Counted from the stretch's first letter, positions 21,432 to 31,437 are shown. The stretch is DNA of 64,000 nucleotides from Candidatus Dormiibacterota bacterium (GCA_024280995.1 JAMXLM010000045.1:80264-144263); one strand, 5' to 3'. Program-made: numbers and translations. Notes: generated by a model not told the origin, from the letters alone.

Positions 21432-23768
21432 CTACGTGATCGTGTAGTTGATCAGCGCGTAGACGTCGTACTGCGCCCCCGAGCCCTGTTGCCGCGCGTA
21501 CACGACCCATGAGTACGTGCCCTGCGTGAGCCCTGCGGTGTTCCAGCTCAGCGTCGCCGTGGACGAGTAGTCCTGGACCATCGTCCACGGGCCGCCGGGC
21601 GCGTAGACCCAGAACTGATACTGCGGCGTCCCGGTGGCCGCGGCGGTCAGCGTCACACCGCTTCCCGCGGCCTGTGGCGACGACAGGTTCGCGTTGAGGT
21701 TCACGGCGGGGATCCAAGCGAGCGTGTACGCCATGAGCGCGTACGTGTCGTACGCGGCGTTCGAGCTCGACTGCTTGACGTGGACGACGATGCTGTACGT
21801 CCCAGGCGACATGCCGGCGGTGTTCCAGTCGAAGCTCGCCGTCGAGCTCCAATCGCGCAGCAGACCGTACTGGTTCCCAGGCGCCGGGTAGTAGTAGTAG
21901 CGGTACAGCGGAGCAGTGCACCCGGGCGCGGCCGCTGAAAGATGGACGATGCCGCCGACCGATTGCGGCGACGCGTTGGTCGCGGAAGTGGATGGCGCAC
22001 CGCACGCGCCCTTCGGCAGCGCGCTCAAGGCCCACGTCTCGTAGGCGAGCGGCGAGCCCTTCTGCTTGACGTGAACGACGATCGAGTATGTCCCCGCGGC
22101 CAGCGCGGCGCTGTCGGTGCTCCATGTGTTGGTCGAGCTGAAGTCCTGTTTCATCACGTAGCCGGACGAGGCCGACCACAACCAGAACCTGTATTGAGGC
22201 TGGTTGCAACCTGTGCCGCCGGCGGTCGCAGTGAACGTCACGATGCCCGAGCTGGGCGCGGGGTTGGGCGTCATCGACGCGAAGTCGCAGCCGCCCACAG
22301 TCCACGCCTCGAGCGCGAACGTCTCGTAGGCCCCGGCGCCCTGGATCGAGCCAGACTCCTCCACCCACACGTCGACGCTGTAGGTCCCAGGAAGCATCCC
22401 GCTCGTGTCGAGTGCGAGCGTCGCGGTGCTGCTGTACGCCTGGCGCAGGGCCCATCCGCCGGCGGCCGACCACAGCCAGAACTCATAGACCGGACTCGTG
22501 CAGCGGGCGCCGGTCGCACTCGCGGTGAACGTGATCGCGGTTCCAGCCGGTTGGGGAGACGTCTTGCTCGAAGTGACGGCCGCCGCTGAGCAGTCGGGTG
22601 GGGCGTAGGTGTACACGTCCGCGGCCGACGTGGCGCTCGTGCCGCCGGCAGTGGTCACCGTCACGTCGACCGGACCGGTCGAATGAGCCGCGCTGGTCGC
22701 GGTGATCGTCGTCGAATCCACGACCGTGAACGAGGTCGCGGGGGCGTTGCCGAACATGACGCTCGACACGCCCTGGTCGAAAGCGGTGCCGCTGATCTTC
22801 ACGGGGGTCCCTCCGGTCCACGGGCCGGTCGCCGGCGTCAAGCCGGACACCACCGGCGGCACGGTCGCCAGCGGGCCGACGTTGAAGGACCACGTGTAAG
22901 CGGTCCCGTTGACCGTCATCGACACCACGTACTTCACGCCGGACTGGAGCGGCTTCTGTGGGATGAGGATCACACCGCCCCGGTCGATCAGGTCGCTCCC
23001 GAGCGCCGTGTTGTGCGTGTCGATCACGCAGTGCGCGAGCGCGGTTCCGTTGCCGGTGAACGAGTGGGCGGTCACGGTGGTGGCGACGTTGGTGCCGAGC
23101 TCGATGAAGGCCGGGAGGCCGGTCGGGACGCTGTATCCCGGACAGCCCTGCAGCGGGTCTGGAAACTCGCCGCCGCCGTAGCTGGTCAAGGGCTCGGTCG
23201 TGCCGTCACCGGGAAAGCGCACAGGAAACGCGCCGCCGGTGAAGGGGTTGCCGCTCAAGACGTCGACCGCCGCACCCATGTTCCAGCCCGACTTGACCTC
23301 TCGGTAAGAGCCGAAACCGGTCTGTGCGAGTCGTGGGTCGAGCATCCCCATCGCGTGGAACGGCGCCTGCATCCACCAGTCGATCGCCTGCACGTCGGTG
23401 GTCGCTGTGCTGGAGCTCACGTAGATGTTGCTGTTGCGCGCGGCCGTGTCGCCGGCCGCCGTGTAGAACGGCGTCCCCGGCGTCTCGTAGTGCGTGACGA
23501 GATCGTTCTTGACCATGTAGACCGCGTGGTCGTAGTCGCCGGCGCTGTAGGTCGCGTTCTCGGTCAAGGTCGGCACCCGCGCCTCCAGGCGCCACGCGTT
23601 GAAGCGATTGAGCCAGGGGGTGGACGCGACCGGCCGTGATTCGGGCTGGTGGCGGAGCGGCTCCGACGCCGGCAGCTGCGCCATCGCGATCAGCAGCACC
23701 GGCGGGAGAGTGAGACGGAGAGTTCGGGCCGCCAGACCCAGCCCGCGGACGATCCTGGTTGGCACCAC
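21432..23768 (-). CDS. secreted CAP/SCP-domain protein with an IPT/TIG domain and four ~95-aa C-terminal repeats
   Basis: Signal-like N-terminus. CAP-like region (NRFNAWRLEARVP...HYETPG...WWMQAPFHAMGMLDP). IPT/TIG-like segment (residues ~303-388). Four repeats of pattern P.Y.FW...G.W......SST....W.T.G..PGTY...V.V. Confidence 0.7.
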   Translation of the reverse strand: MVPTRIVRGLGLAARTLRLTLPPVLLIAMAQLPASEPLRHQPESRPVASTPWLNRFNAWRLEARVPTLTENATYSAGDYDHAVYMVKNDLVTHYETPGTPFYTAAGDTAARNSNIYVSSSTATTDVQAIDWWMQAPFHAMGMLDPRLAQTGFGSYREVKSGWNMGAAVDVLSGNPFTGGAFPVRFPGDGTTEPLTSYGGGEFPDPLQGCPGYSVPTGLPAFIELGTNVATTVTAHSFTGNGTALAHCVIDTHNTALGSDLIDRGGVILIPQKPLQSGVKYVVSMTVNGTAYTWSFNVGPLATVPPVVSGLTPATGPWTGGTPVKISGTAFDQGVSSVMFGNAPATSFTVVDSTTITATSAAHSTGPVDVTVTTAGGTSATSAADVYTYAPPDCSAAAVTSSKTSPQPAGTAITFTASATGARCTSPVYEFWLWSAAGGWALRQAYSSTATLALDTSGMLPGTYSVDVWVEESGSIQGAGAYETFALEAWTVGGCDFASMTPNPAPSSGIVTFTATAGGTGCNQPQYRFWLWSASSGYVMKQDFSSTNTWSTDSAALAAGTYSIVVHVKQKGSPLAYETWALSALPKGACGAPSTSATNASPQSVGGIVHLSAAAPGCTAPLYRYYYYPAPGNQYGLLRDWSSTASFDWNTAGMSPGTYSIVVHVKQSSSNAAYDTYALMAYTLAWIPAVNLNANLSSPQAAGSGVTLTAAATGTPQYQFWVYAPGGPWTMVQDYSSTATLSWNTAGLTQGTYSWVVYARQQGSGAQYDVYALINYTIT

Positions 23769-23829
23769 GGCCTTTAACGAGGCGGGCGGCCCGATCTTGC
23801 GTCACCGATCGTGTAACGTGCCGGGCCTG

Positions 23830-25461
23830 GTGAGGAGACTCCTCGTCGCCCTCGTGGCCGTCGCCGCTGCCTGCAACCCGGTTCCAAGTCCCGGACCGTC
23901 GCCCGAACCGCTCGCCTCAGATCAGACCCTGAGCTTCCCCATCGCCCAGGACGTCGCCGACTTCGACCCGGCGATGATCTCCAGCCCGGCCGACGTCGAC
24001 ATCCTGCGCAACGTCTTCTCCGGCCTTTACCGCTTCGACTCCCAGCTCAGGGAGGTGCCAGACATTGCCGCAGGCCTGCCGGCGATCTCGGCCGACGGAC
24101 TGACTTACACGTTCCACCTTCGCGCCGGCGCGACCTTCTCGAACGGTGACGCGATCACCGCGGACGACTTCATCTACAGCTGGAACCGCGCGGCGGCCCT
24201 GCAGGGCGACTACGCCGGTCTGTTCGCCGTCGTCGCGGGCTACCAGGCCGTCGCGTCGGGTCGAGCCGCCGCGATGACCGGCCTCGCCAAGGTCGACGAC
24301 ACGACATTCACCGCCACGCTGACGAAGCCCGCAGGCTACTTCCTTGCCGAGGTCGGACTCTGGCCGTTCTGGGTGGTCGACCAGAAGGTGATCGCCGGCG
24401 CCGGCGAAGACGTGTGGTCAACGAAGCCCGAGACATTGATCGGCAGCGGTCCTTTTCGGATGACCGCGCGCTCACCTGGACAGTCGATGGACTTCGCGCC
24501 GGTGGCGAGCTGGTACGGCGGCAAGACCGGGCTCCTGACGCACGTGCACGTCGCCGTGATGCAGGACACCAGCACCCAGGTCGAGCTGTACGAGGCGGGC
24601 GTGTTCAGCCTCATCGGCTACGCCCGCCAGGGGCTGCCCGCAAAGGACGCGAATCGCTACACGACCGAGGCCAAGCTCAAGGGCGAGCTGGCCCTGGTCC
24701 CGTCGGCAACGACGTTCTGGGTCGGCTTCAACCTCCGGTCCGGCCCTTTCGCCGGGGTCGACGCAGGTCGCGGCGGCCGGCACGCCTTCAGCACCGCGAT
24801 CGACCGCCATGCGCTCGCCGACGCTGTCTGCGACGCGATGACGAGCTGCCGCGAGGAGACCGGAGGCGTCATCAGCAAGGGACTCACCGGTTACCTCGGC
24901 GACGGACAGGACCCCAACGTGAAGTTCGACGCGGCGGCGGCGAAAGCCGAGTACGCGGCATGGGATCCGACCGGCGCGAAGGTCAGGGGCCTGAAGTACA
25001 CGTACGACTCGAACCCCTTCAACAAGGCCGTCTGCGCGAACCTGCAGCAGCAATGGCTGAAGAACCTTGGGGTGACGGTCGGATGCGTCGAGATGGACCG
25101 CAAGACATTCTTCGACCAGCGCGACGCGTGCGCGTATCCGATTTTTCGCCAGAGCTGGTCGGCGGATTACGACCATCCGCAAGACTGGTTCGACTACCTC
25201 TTCGTCACGGGCGCGAGCTCAGGGGGTTCGTGCTATTCGAGCTCAGCCGTCGACAAGGCGGTCACCGGCGCGGATGCATCGACGGACCCATCGTCACTCG
25301 ATGACTACAAGACCGCCGGAATGGACCTGATCAGCGACTCCGCGTTCGCGGGACTGCTCTACGGCGTGCAGCAGTACCTCGTGCATCCGTATGTCAAAGG
25401 CGCGGGCGGTAACGCGCTGTACGACAACTCCTGGACCGAGGTTCGCATCCTCCAGCACTGA
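23830..25461 (+). CDS. ABC transporter substrate-binding lipoprotein, family 5 (peptide/nickel type), paralog 1
   Basis: GTG at 23830 (or 23818) gives the lipoprotein signal VRRLLVALVAVAAAC. Family-5 SBP pattern (LRNVFSGLYRFD...GLTYTFHLR...TFSNGD). Paralogous to 26792 and 33906. Confidence 0.85.
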   Translation: MRRLLVALVAVAAACNPVPSPGPSPEPLASDQTLSFPIAQDVADFDPAMISSPADVDILRNVFSGLYRFDSQLREVPDIAAGLPAISADGLTYTFHLRAGATFSNGDAITADDFIYSWNRAAALQGDYAGLFAVVAGYQAVASGRAAAMTGLAKVDDTTFTATLTKPAGYFLAEVGLWPFWVVDQKVIAGAGEDVWSTKPETLIGSGPFRMTARSPGQSMDFAPVASWYGGKTGLLTHVHVAVMQDTSTQVELYEAGVFSLIGYARQGLPAKDANRYTTEAKLKGELALVPSATTFWVGFNLRSGPFAGVDAGRGGRHAFSTAIDRHALADAVCDAMTSCREETGGVISKGLTGYLGDGQDPNVKFDAAAAKAEYAAWDPTGAKVRGLKYTYDSNPFNKAVCANLQQQWLKNLGVTVGCVEMDRKTFFDQRDACAYPIFRQSWSADYDHPQDWFDYLFVTGASSGGSCYSSSAVDKAVTGADASTDPSSLDDYKTAGMDLISDSAFAGLLYGVQQYLVHPYVKGAGGNALYDNSWTEVRILQH

Positions 25462-25462
25462 G

Positions 25463-26374
25463 CTAGGAAACCGCGGCGGTCGTCCCCAGCACCTGAGGGT
25501 CCATCGTCGACGCAAACGGCCCGTCGGGGTTGTCGATCAACCAGACGTGCAGCATCTGGGGCGTCGGCTTGAGCGTGCTCCCGCGTGGGCACGACCCGCT
25601 CTTGTCGGTGGAGTCGAAGTCGGCTGAGTGGATGAACGCGACCGCGATCCCGGTGGAGTCGTCGAAGCAGATGTTGGAGTGCTGGTGCCAGATCGTCAGC
25701 GGGCCGCCGATATCAGGGCCGTCCTCGGCCCTCGTCGGCATGATGAACATCGCGCCGATCAGCTGCGGACCGTTCTTGCCGTTGAAGTAGATCAGCGACT
25801 GCACGTGCTGCGGATCGAGGATGTACAAGTCGGCCATGTAGTCGGGGTTCACGTAATGCACGATCTCGCCGTCGGGCGGCTCCATTGGCTTGTACCCGGC
25901 GGTGATGGCGGTGCTGAGCAAGGCGTATTTCGCGACGGCCGCCCTGGTCTCGGTCACCAGCCGTGCGGCCGCCTCGAGCTGCGCCTCCGTCGGCTGCTTC
26001 GCGGTAGTCGCCGCGCCTCCGTGCTGGTGGGCTGCCGCCGCGGAGGGCGAAGTCGCCGCCGACCTCTCGACCGAGGCCGCCCAGCCCGCGAAGTCACCTG
26101 AGACGATGATCAGCAAGAGTGAGCCGCCGAGCAGTCCTCGTCTGACCCAGACCCCATACGGCAATGACGTGTAGGCCGCCCCGACGACCCCGACGACCAC
26201 CAGGCCGATGCCGATGCCCAGGAGTACGTGGCCGGGATTGCTGAGCGTGAATATTCCTTCACGATGGGCGAGCGTCGGGTCCTTGGCGTGGAGGTAGGAG
26301 TCGAGGGCGAGACCGCTCAGGAGGGCCACGACGCCCATCAGGCCGGCCGCCAGGAACGCCGCCAAACGCCTCAT
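25463..26374 (-). CDS. hypothetical membrane protein (3 TM N-terminus plus extracytoplasmic His/Cys-containing domain)
   Basis: Only the C-terminal 303 aa of ORF 25463..27538 is plausible. ATG at 26374. The upstream part of the ORF is antisense to the SBP gene at 26792. Confidence 0.6.
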   Translation of the reverse strand: MRRLAAFLAAGLMGVVALLSGLALDSYLHAKDPTLAHREGIFTLSNPGHVLLGIGIGLVVVGVVGAAYTSLPYGVWVRRGLLGGSLLLIIVSGDFAGWAASVERSAATSPSAAAAHQHGGAATTAKQPTEAQLEAAARLVTETRAAVAKYALLSTAITAGYKPMEPPDGEIVHYVNPDYMADLYILDPQHVQSLIYFNGKNGPQLIGAMFIMPTRAEDGPDIGGPLTIWHQHSNICFDDSTGIAVAFIHSADFDSTDKSGSCPRGSTLKPTPQMLHVWLIDNPDGPFASTMDPQVLGTTAAVS

Positions 26375-26791
26375 TCGAGAGGGGCCTGGAGGCGTCGCCG
26401 AGCGAGTTGGCGACGAGGTGGCCCAGATGCCAGGCGCCGGCGAGCGCCGGAGCGAGCGCACCCGTCGGTGCGTGAGCGAGGAGCGGAGGCGGCAACAACG
26501 CAGATGGGCCGCATTCGGCGCCAAGACGCCGGCGAGGATCTCCGGGCCCCTCTCATACGCTTCATTCAACCACCGGAGTAGGTCGAAATTGTCATCGGGA
26601 ACTTGACTTCGGCCCCCCAAAGCCCAAAACTGATCATGGAGTAGCGGGGCCACCCCGGTGTGTAGGGGTGGCATCGTCCGTCGCCGGCGCACTCTCGCCC
26701 CGGGAATCTCCGGGAAGAGGGCGATGGACGTCGAGGATGGCCAAGTTTCTGTGGTGCGCCCTCCTCGAGACCGTGTTCCGTAGGAGGTGGT

Positions 26792-28486
26792 ATGACTCGA
26801 ATCGCCGTGTTCCGTTCCCTCGCCGTGGCGTTGGGAACAATTTCGATGGTCGCGGCCTGTGGAGGAGGCTCTAACAGCAACTCTTCCAACCTGGCCTCCG
26901 ACCAGACGCTCAGCTTCCCGATGGTCGACGACGTTGGGGACCTCGACCCCGCGCACATGTCGGCCGCGGTCGACATCGACATCTTCCGCAACACGTACTC
27001 GGGCCTGTACAAGTTCGACGACCAGCTGAACGAGGTTCCGGACATCGCGACCGGACAGCCTCAGATCTCGTCTGACGGGTTGACGTACACCTTCTCGCTG
27101 AAGCACAACGTCAAGTTCTCGAACGGCGACCCCGTCAAGGCCGACGACTTCATCTTCAGCTGGGACCGCGCGGCCGCCATTCAAGGCGACTACGCATCGG
27201 TCTTCCAGCCCGTGGTCGGCTACGACGCCGTCTCGAACGGCAAGGCCACCCACATGGACGGCCTCAAGAAGATCGACGACTACTCGTTCTCCGCGACGCT
27301 GACCGCCCCGGCCGGCTACTGGTTCACCGAGACCGCCCTCTGGACGGCCTGGGTGGTGGACCAGAAGGTCGTCCTCGCCAACGGCAAGGCGACCGACTCG
27401 ACGTGGGCCAGCACACCTGACACGGCGATCGGCACCGGGCAGTTCAAGATGACCGCCCGCACGCCGAAGCAGTCGATCGACTTCGCGCCCGTCGCCAACT
27501 GGTGGGGCGGCTCGACCGGCACCTTGACCAAGGTGCACATCGAGATCGTCGCCGACCAGAAGGCTCAGCTCACCAAGTACGAGTCCGGCGGTTACAGCCT
27601 GATCGGCTTCGCCAACCAGAGCCTCACCCCGGAGGACGTCATTCGCTACAACTCCGACTCGCAGCTGAAGAAGCAGCTGAACCTGCAGCCGTCCGCTCGC
27701 ACGAGCTGGATCGGCTTCAACCTCTGCGACTCGAGCAACCAGTCGACAGCCTGCAAGGGCCAGAAGCCCAGCCCGTTCGCCGGTAATGGCAACGGCAAGC
27801 TCCTCCGCGAGGCGTTCAGCCTGGCGATCGACCGCAACCAGCTCGTCGATATCGCTTGCTCCAAGGGCACTGCCTGTACGCCGGCGACCGGCGGAGTGAT
27901 CACCAAGGGGCTGAAGGGCTACCTCGGAGACAACACCGACCAGTGGGCCAAGTTCGACGCGACCCAGGCCAAGTCGCTGCTTCAGCAGGCCGGTGGCGCT
28001 GCTGCCGTCGGCAACCTGACTTACACCTACAACGCCAGCGCCATCAACAAGGCGGTGTGCGACAACCTGGCGTCACAGTGGCGCCAGAACCTCGGCGTCA
28101 CGGTCCAGTGCGCCTCCACTGACCGCGCGTCGTTCTTCAACGCGCGCACGAAGTGCAACTACACGATCTTCCGCCACAGCTGGGGCGCCGACTACGACAA
28201 CCCACAGGACTGGTTCGACTTCCTGTTCGACACGAACGGCGGTTCTTCCGGTTCCTGCCTCTCGGACCCCAACATCGACAAGATGTCCCAGGACGCCAAC
28301 CAGAAGCCGCTCAGCCAGTCGCTCGACGAGTACAAGGCGATGAACAAGATCCTCGTCGACAACTGCTACACCGGCAACCTCTTCTACGGCATCCAGCAGT
28401 ACCTGGTTCACCCGTACGTGAAGGGCGCTGCGGGCAACCCGCTCTACGACAACTACTGGAGCGACGTCAGCATCCTTTCGCACTAG
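26792..28486 (+). CDS. ABC transporter substrate-binding lipoprotein, family 5, paralog 2
   Basis: AGGAGG 5 nt upstream of the ATG. Lipobox MVAAC. Family-5 pattern. First gene of the SBP-permease-permease-ATPase-ATPase operon. Confidence 0.9.
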   Translation: MTRIAVFRSLAVALGTISMVAACGGGSNSNSSNLASDQTLSFPMVDDVGDLDPAHMSAAVDIDIFRNTYSGLYKFDDQLNEVPDIATGQPQISSDGLTYTFSLKHNVKFSNGDPVKADDFIFSWDRAAAIQGDYASVFQPVVGYDAVSNGKATHMDGLKKIDDYSFSATLTAPAGYWFTETALWTAWVVDQKVVLANGKATDSTWASTPDTAIGTGQFKMTARTPKQSIDFAPVANWWGGSTGTLTKVHIEIVADQKAQLTKYESGGYSLIGFANQSLTPEDVIRYNSDSQLKKQLNLQPSARTSWIGFNLCDSSNQSTACKGQKPSPFAGNGNGKLLREAFSLAIDRNQLVDIACSKGTACTPATGGVITKGLKGYLGDNTDQWAKFDATQAKSLLQQAGGAAAVGNLTYTYNASAINKAVCDNLASQWRQNLGVTVQCASTDRASFFNARTKCNYTIFRHSWGADYDNPQDWFDFLFDTNGGSSGSCLSDPNIDKMSQDANQKPLSQSLDEYKAMNKILVDNCYTGNLFYGIQQYLVHPYVKGAAGNPLYDNYWSDVSILSH

Positions 28487-28508
28487 TCCGACCGTTACCG
28501 CGACAATT

Positions 28509-28537
28509 AGGGGGCCTCGCCACTCGGCGGGCCCCCT
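28509..28537 (+). promoter_or_regulatory. GC-rich intercistronic hairpin after the SBP gene
   Basis: AGGGGGCC(t)CGCC-actc-GGCG-GGCCCCCT, about 12 bp with one bulge and no U-tract. Typical of an SBP-mRNA stabiliser or attenuator in ABC operons. Confidence 0.4.
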
Positions 28538-28571
28538 TACCTCAATCCGTGAAATGGGAAGTGATTTCTAG

Positions 28572-29513
28572 ATGAGGGGAACCCTCCTCTACATAGGGCA
28601 GCGTCTGATCCTCATCGCGATCACGACCGTCCTCGTGTCGTCGATCGTGTTCGTGCTTCTCCACCAGATCCCCGGCAACGCGTTCCTGAACGAGACCCGG
28701 ACGACGCCACAGGCCCTGGCCGCCGACCTACACCATTACGGCCTCGACCTGCCCCTGCAGCAGCAGTACGCCAACTGGGTGAACGGTGTGATCCACGGAA
28801 ACCTCGGCGAGTCCCTGGTCAACCGCGGCGTCCAGATCACTCCGCTGTTGATCCGCGAGACCTCGGTCAGCGCCACGGTGGGTTTCTTCGCTCTGTTGGT
28901 GACCATCGGCCTGGGCTTGACGCTCGGCGTGATCGCGGCGCTGCGGCAGAACACCTGGATCGACTACATCGCCTCGAGCACGGCGGTCGTCGGCTACAGC
29001 ATCCCGAGCTTTGTGATCGCGATCTTCATGCTGCTCGTGTTCGGCCACTACTTCTATGACTGGACGCAGGGCACGGTGTACTACAACGTCGGCTGGGGCG
29101 ACTGGACCCAGGTACCGGTGCCCGCGATCGCCCTCGGCCTTCCCTATGCGAGCTACGTCGCCAGGCTGACGCGGGCGAGCATGCTCGAGACAATCCGCAC
29201 GGACTACGTGCGCACCGCGTGGGCCAAGGGTCTCAAGGCTCGGATCGTGGTCCTCCGTCACGCGCTGCGCAACGCGCTTATCCCGGTAGTTACCATCCTC
29301 GGGCCCCTGGTGACCGGCATCATCACCGGGTCGGTGGTGATCGAGAACATCTTCGGCATCCCCGGGCTGGGCAAGGAATTCGTGACCAGCATCCTGGCCC
29401 GCGACTACAACATCGTGATCGGGGTCTTCACGTTCTACGCCGCGCTGGTCGGGCTCGCCAACCTCACGGTGGACGTCATCTACCCCGCGCTGGACCCAAG
29501 GATCCGTTACTAG
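28572..29513 (+). CDS. ABC transporter permease (DppB/OppB-like)
   Basis: 313 aa, 6 TM, conserved loop TDYVRTAWAKGLKARIVVLRHALRNAL. Confidence 0.9.
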   Translation: MRGTLLYIGQRLILIAITTVLVSSIVFVLLHQIPGNAFLNETRTTPQALAADLHHYGLDLPLQQQYANWVNGVIHGNLGESLVNRGVQITPLLIRETSVSATVGFFALLVTIGLGLTLGVIAALRQNTWIDYIASSTAVVGYSIPSFVIAIFMLLVFGHYFYDWTQGTVYYNVGWGDWTQVPVPAIALGLPYASYVARLTRASMLETIRTDYVRTAWAKGLKARIVVLRHALRNALIPVVTILGPLVTGIITGSVVIENIFGIPGLGKEFVTSILARDYNIVIGVFTFYAALVGLANLTVDVIYPALDPRIRY

Positions 29514-30436
29514 TGGCCCAGGCAGCCCCCGTCTCCCAGCCGGATGTCGAGCTCACTTATGAGGTCCCCGAGCAGGTCACGCTCCTCAGCGACGCCTGGA
29601 GGCGCATCCGGCGCAACCGGCTCGCGCTGCTCGGCGGCGCCATCATCGCCGTCCTCCTCGTCGTCGCTCTGATCTCGATCTTCTGGACTCCCTACCCCGT
29701 GTGGCTGCAGGCGGTCGGCCCGACCTACCAGCCGCCGAGCGCGCAGCACCTGCTCGGACTCGACCAGGCGGGTCGCGACATTCTCAGCCGGATCATGGGC
29801 GGCGCCCTGATCACGGTCGAGGTCGGCATCGGCAGCGCGATCATCCTGAGCCTCATCGGCATCCCGCTCGGTCTGCTCGCCGGCTTCTACCGCGGGAAGG
29901 TCGACACCGTCGTCTCGTTCTTCATCAACATCTGGTACGGGATCCCCGACCTGTTGGTCGCTCTGATCCTCGTGTTCGTGCTGTCCGACGCACTTCACCT
30001 CATTCCGCGCGGCGTGCTGGTCATCATCATTGCCTTCGCGCTGACGCGCTGGATGGACGTCGCGCGCCTTGTGCGCGGCCAGGCCCTCGCCCTGCGGGAG
30101 CGCGAGTTCGTCGAGGCCGCGCGCATGGCCGGCGCGCGCGATTTCGGCCTGATCTTCCGGCACATCTTCCCGAACGCTCTCGGCCCGATCATCGTCCAGG
30201 CGACCTTCGCCATCCCGGCCGCCGTGCTGTTCGAGGCGTTCCTGAGCTTCCTCGGCCTCGGCCTCCCGCCCCCCACTCCCTCGTGGGGCGCGATGGCCAG
30301 CGATGGCTATCACGGTATGGACTTCGCCCCGCACATCGTGCTTGCGCCGACCATCGCGCTGTCGATCACGCTCATGGCCTTCAACTGGCTCGGCGATGGG
30401 CTGCGCGACGCGTTCGATCCGCGGATGAGGAGATAA
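29513..30436 (+). CDS. ABC transporter permease (DppC/OppC-like)
   Basis: GTG 29513 overlaps the preceding TAG. N-terminus ...WRRIRRNRLALLGGAIIAVLL and loop EFVEAARMAGARDFGLIFRHIFPNAL. Confidence 0.88.
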   Translation: MAQAAPVSQPDVELTYEVPEQVTLLSDAWRRIRRNRLALLGGAIIAVLLVVALISIFWTPYPVWLQAVGPTYQPPSAQHLLGLDQAGRDILSRIMGGALITVEVGIGSAIILSLIGIPLGLLAGFYRGKVDTVVSFFINIWYGIPDLLVALILVFVLSDALHLIPRGVLVIIIAFALTRWMDVARLVRGQALALREREFVEAARMAGARDFGLIFRHIFPNALGPIIVQATFAIPAAVLFEAFLSFLGLGLPPPTPSWGAMASDGYHGMDFAPHIVLAPTIALSITLMAFNWLGDGLRDAFDPRMRR

Positions 30437-30439
30437 GAC

Positions 30440-31437
30440 ATCCCTTCTCTCCTTAGGGTTCAAGACCTGAGGGTTCAGTTCGCCACGTCCGGCGGAACCG
30501 TGACCGCCGTCGACGGGATCGACTTCGACATCGACCGCGGCGAGATCGTCGGCATCGTCGGAGAGTCCGGGTCGGGCAAGACGATGACCGCGCTCTCGAT
30601 CCTCCGGCTCATCCCGGAGCCGGGCAAGATCACTTCGGGACGGATCCTGTTCGGCGAGAAGGACGTCGCCCAGATGACGGACGAGGAGATCCGCGAGTTC
30701 CGCGGCAACGACGTCGCGATGATCTTCCAGGATCCGATGACGTCGCTGAACCCGGTCCTGCGCGTGGGCTTTCAGGTCGAGGAGGCGATGGCCGCCCACA
30801 AGCGCTTTTCCACACAGCAGTCCCGCGACCGCGTGATACCGCTGCTGCAGCGCGTGCGCATCCCGGCGGCCAAGGATCGCGTGCGCGACTTCCCCCACCA
30901 GTTCTCTGGAGGCATGCGCCAGCGCGCAATGATCGCGATGGGGGTCTCCAACCAACCGTCGCTGCTCATCGCAGACGAGCCGACGACCGCCCTCGACGTC
31001 ACCGTTCAGGCATCGATCATCGAGCTGGTTCGCGACCTGAGCCGCGAGCTGCGCGCCGCGGTGATGCTGATCACGCACAACATGGCGCTGGTCGCCAGCC
31101 TGTGCAACCGCGTGATAGTGATGTATGCGGGCCGGATCGTCGAGGAAGGACCGACTCGCTCCATCTTCAAGAACCCGCAGCACCCGTACACGTGGTCGCT
31201 GCTTCGTTCGATGCCACGCCTGGACGAGACCGAGAAGGAGCGACTCATCTCGATCAAGGGCCTGCCGCCGGACCTCGGACGCATGCCGCCGGGGTGCAAG
31301 TTCCACCCGCGCTGCAAGTTCCGCATCGACCGGTGCATGACCGAGGAGCCACCGCTCGGCGAGGTCGACCCCGGTCAGATGGCGCGCTGCTGGGTGCTGA
31401 TGAAGAACGTGCAGGACCCGGAGGCGGTCGCGCAGAA

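Noticed and set aside
26375-27538. N-terminal 388 aa of the 691-aa ORF 25463..27538 (-).
   Set aside because: This part is antisense to the well-supported SBP gene (26792..28486) and the intergenic region. Only the part from ATG 26374 onward has membrane-protein character.
30455-30478. 8-nt direct repeat AGGGTTCA ... AGGGTTCA at the 5' end of the oppD-like gene, as a possible duplication artefact.
   Set aside because: The encoded [11 protein letters not shown] matches the normal alternating pattern of the family's first beta-strand (LL.V.dL.V.F). The repeat therefore reflects the periodic peptide, not a duplication.
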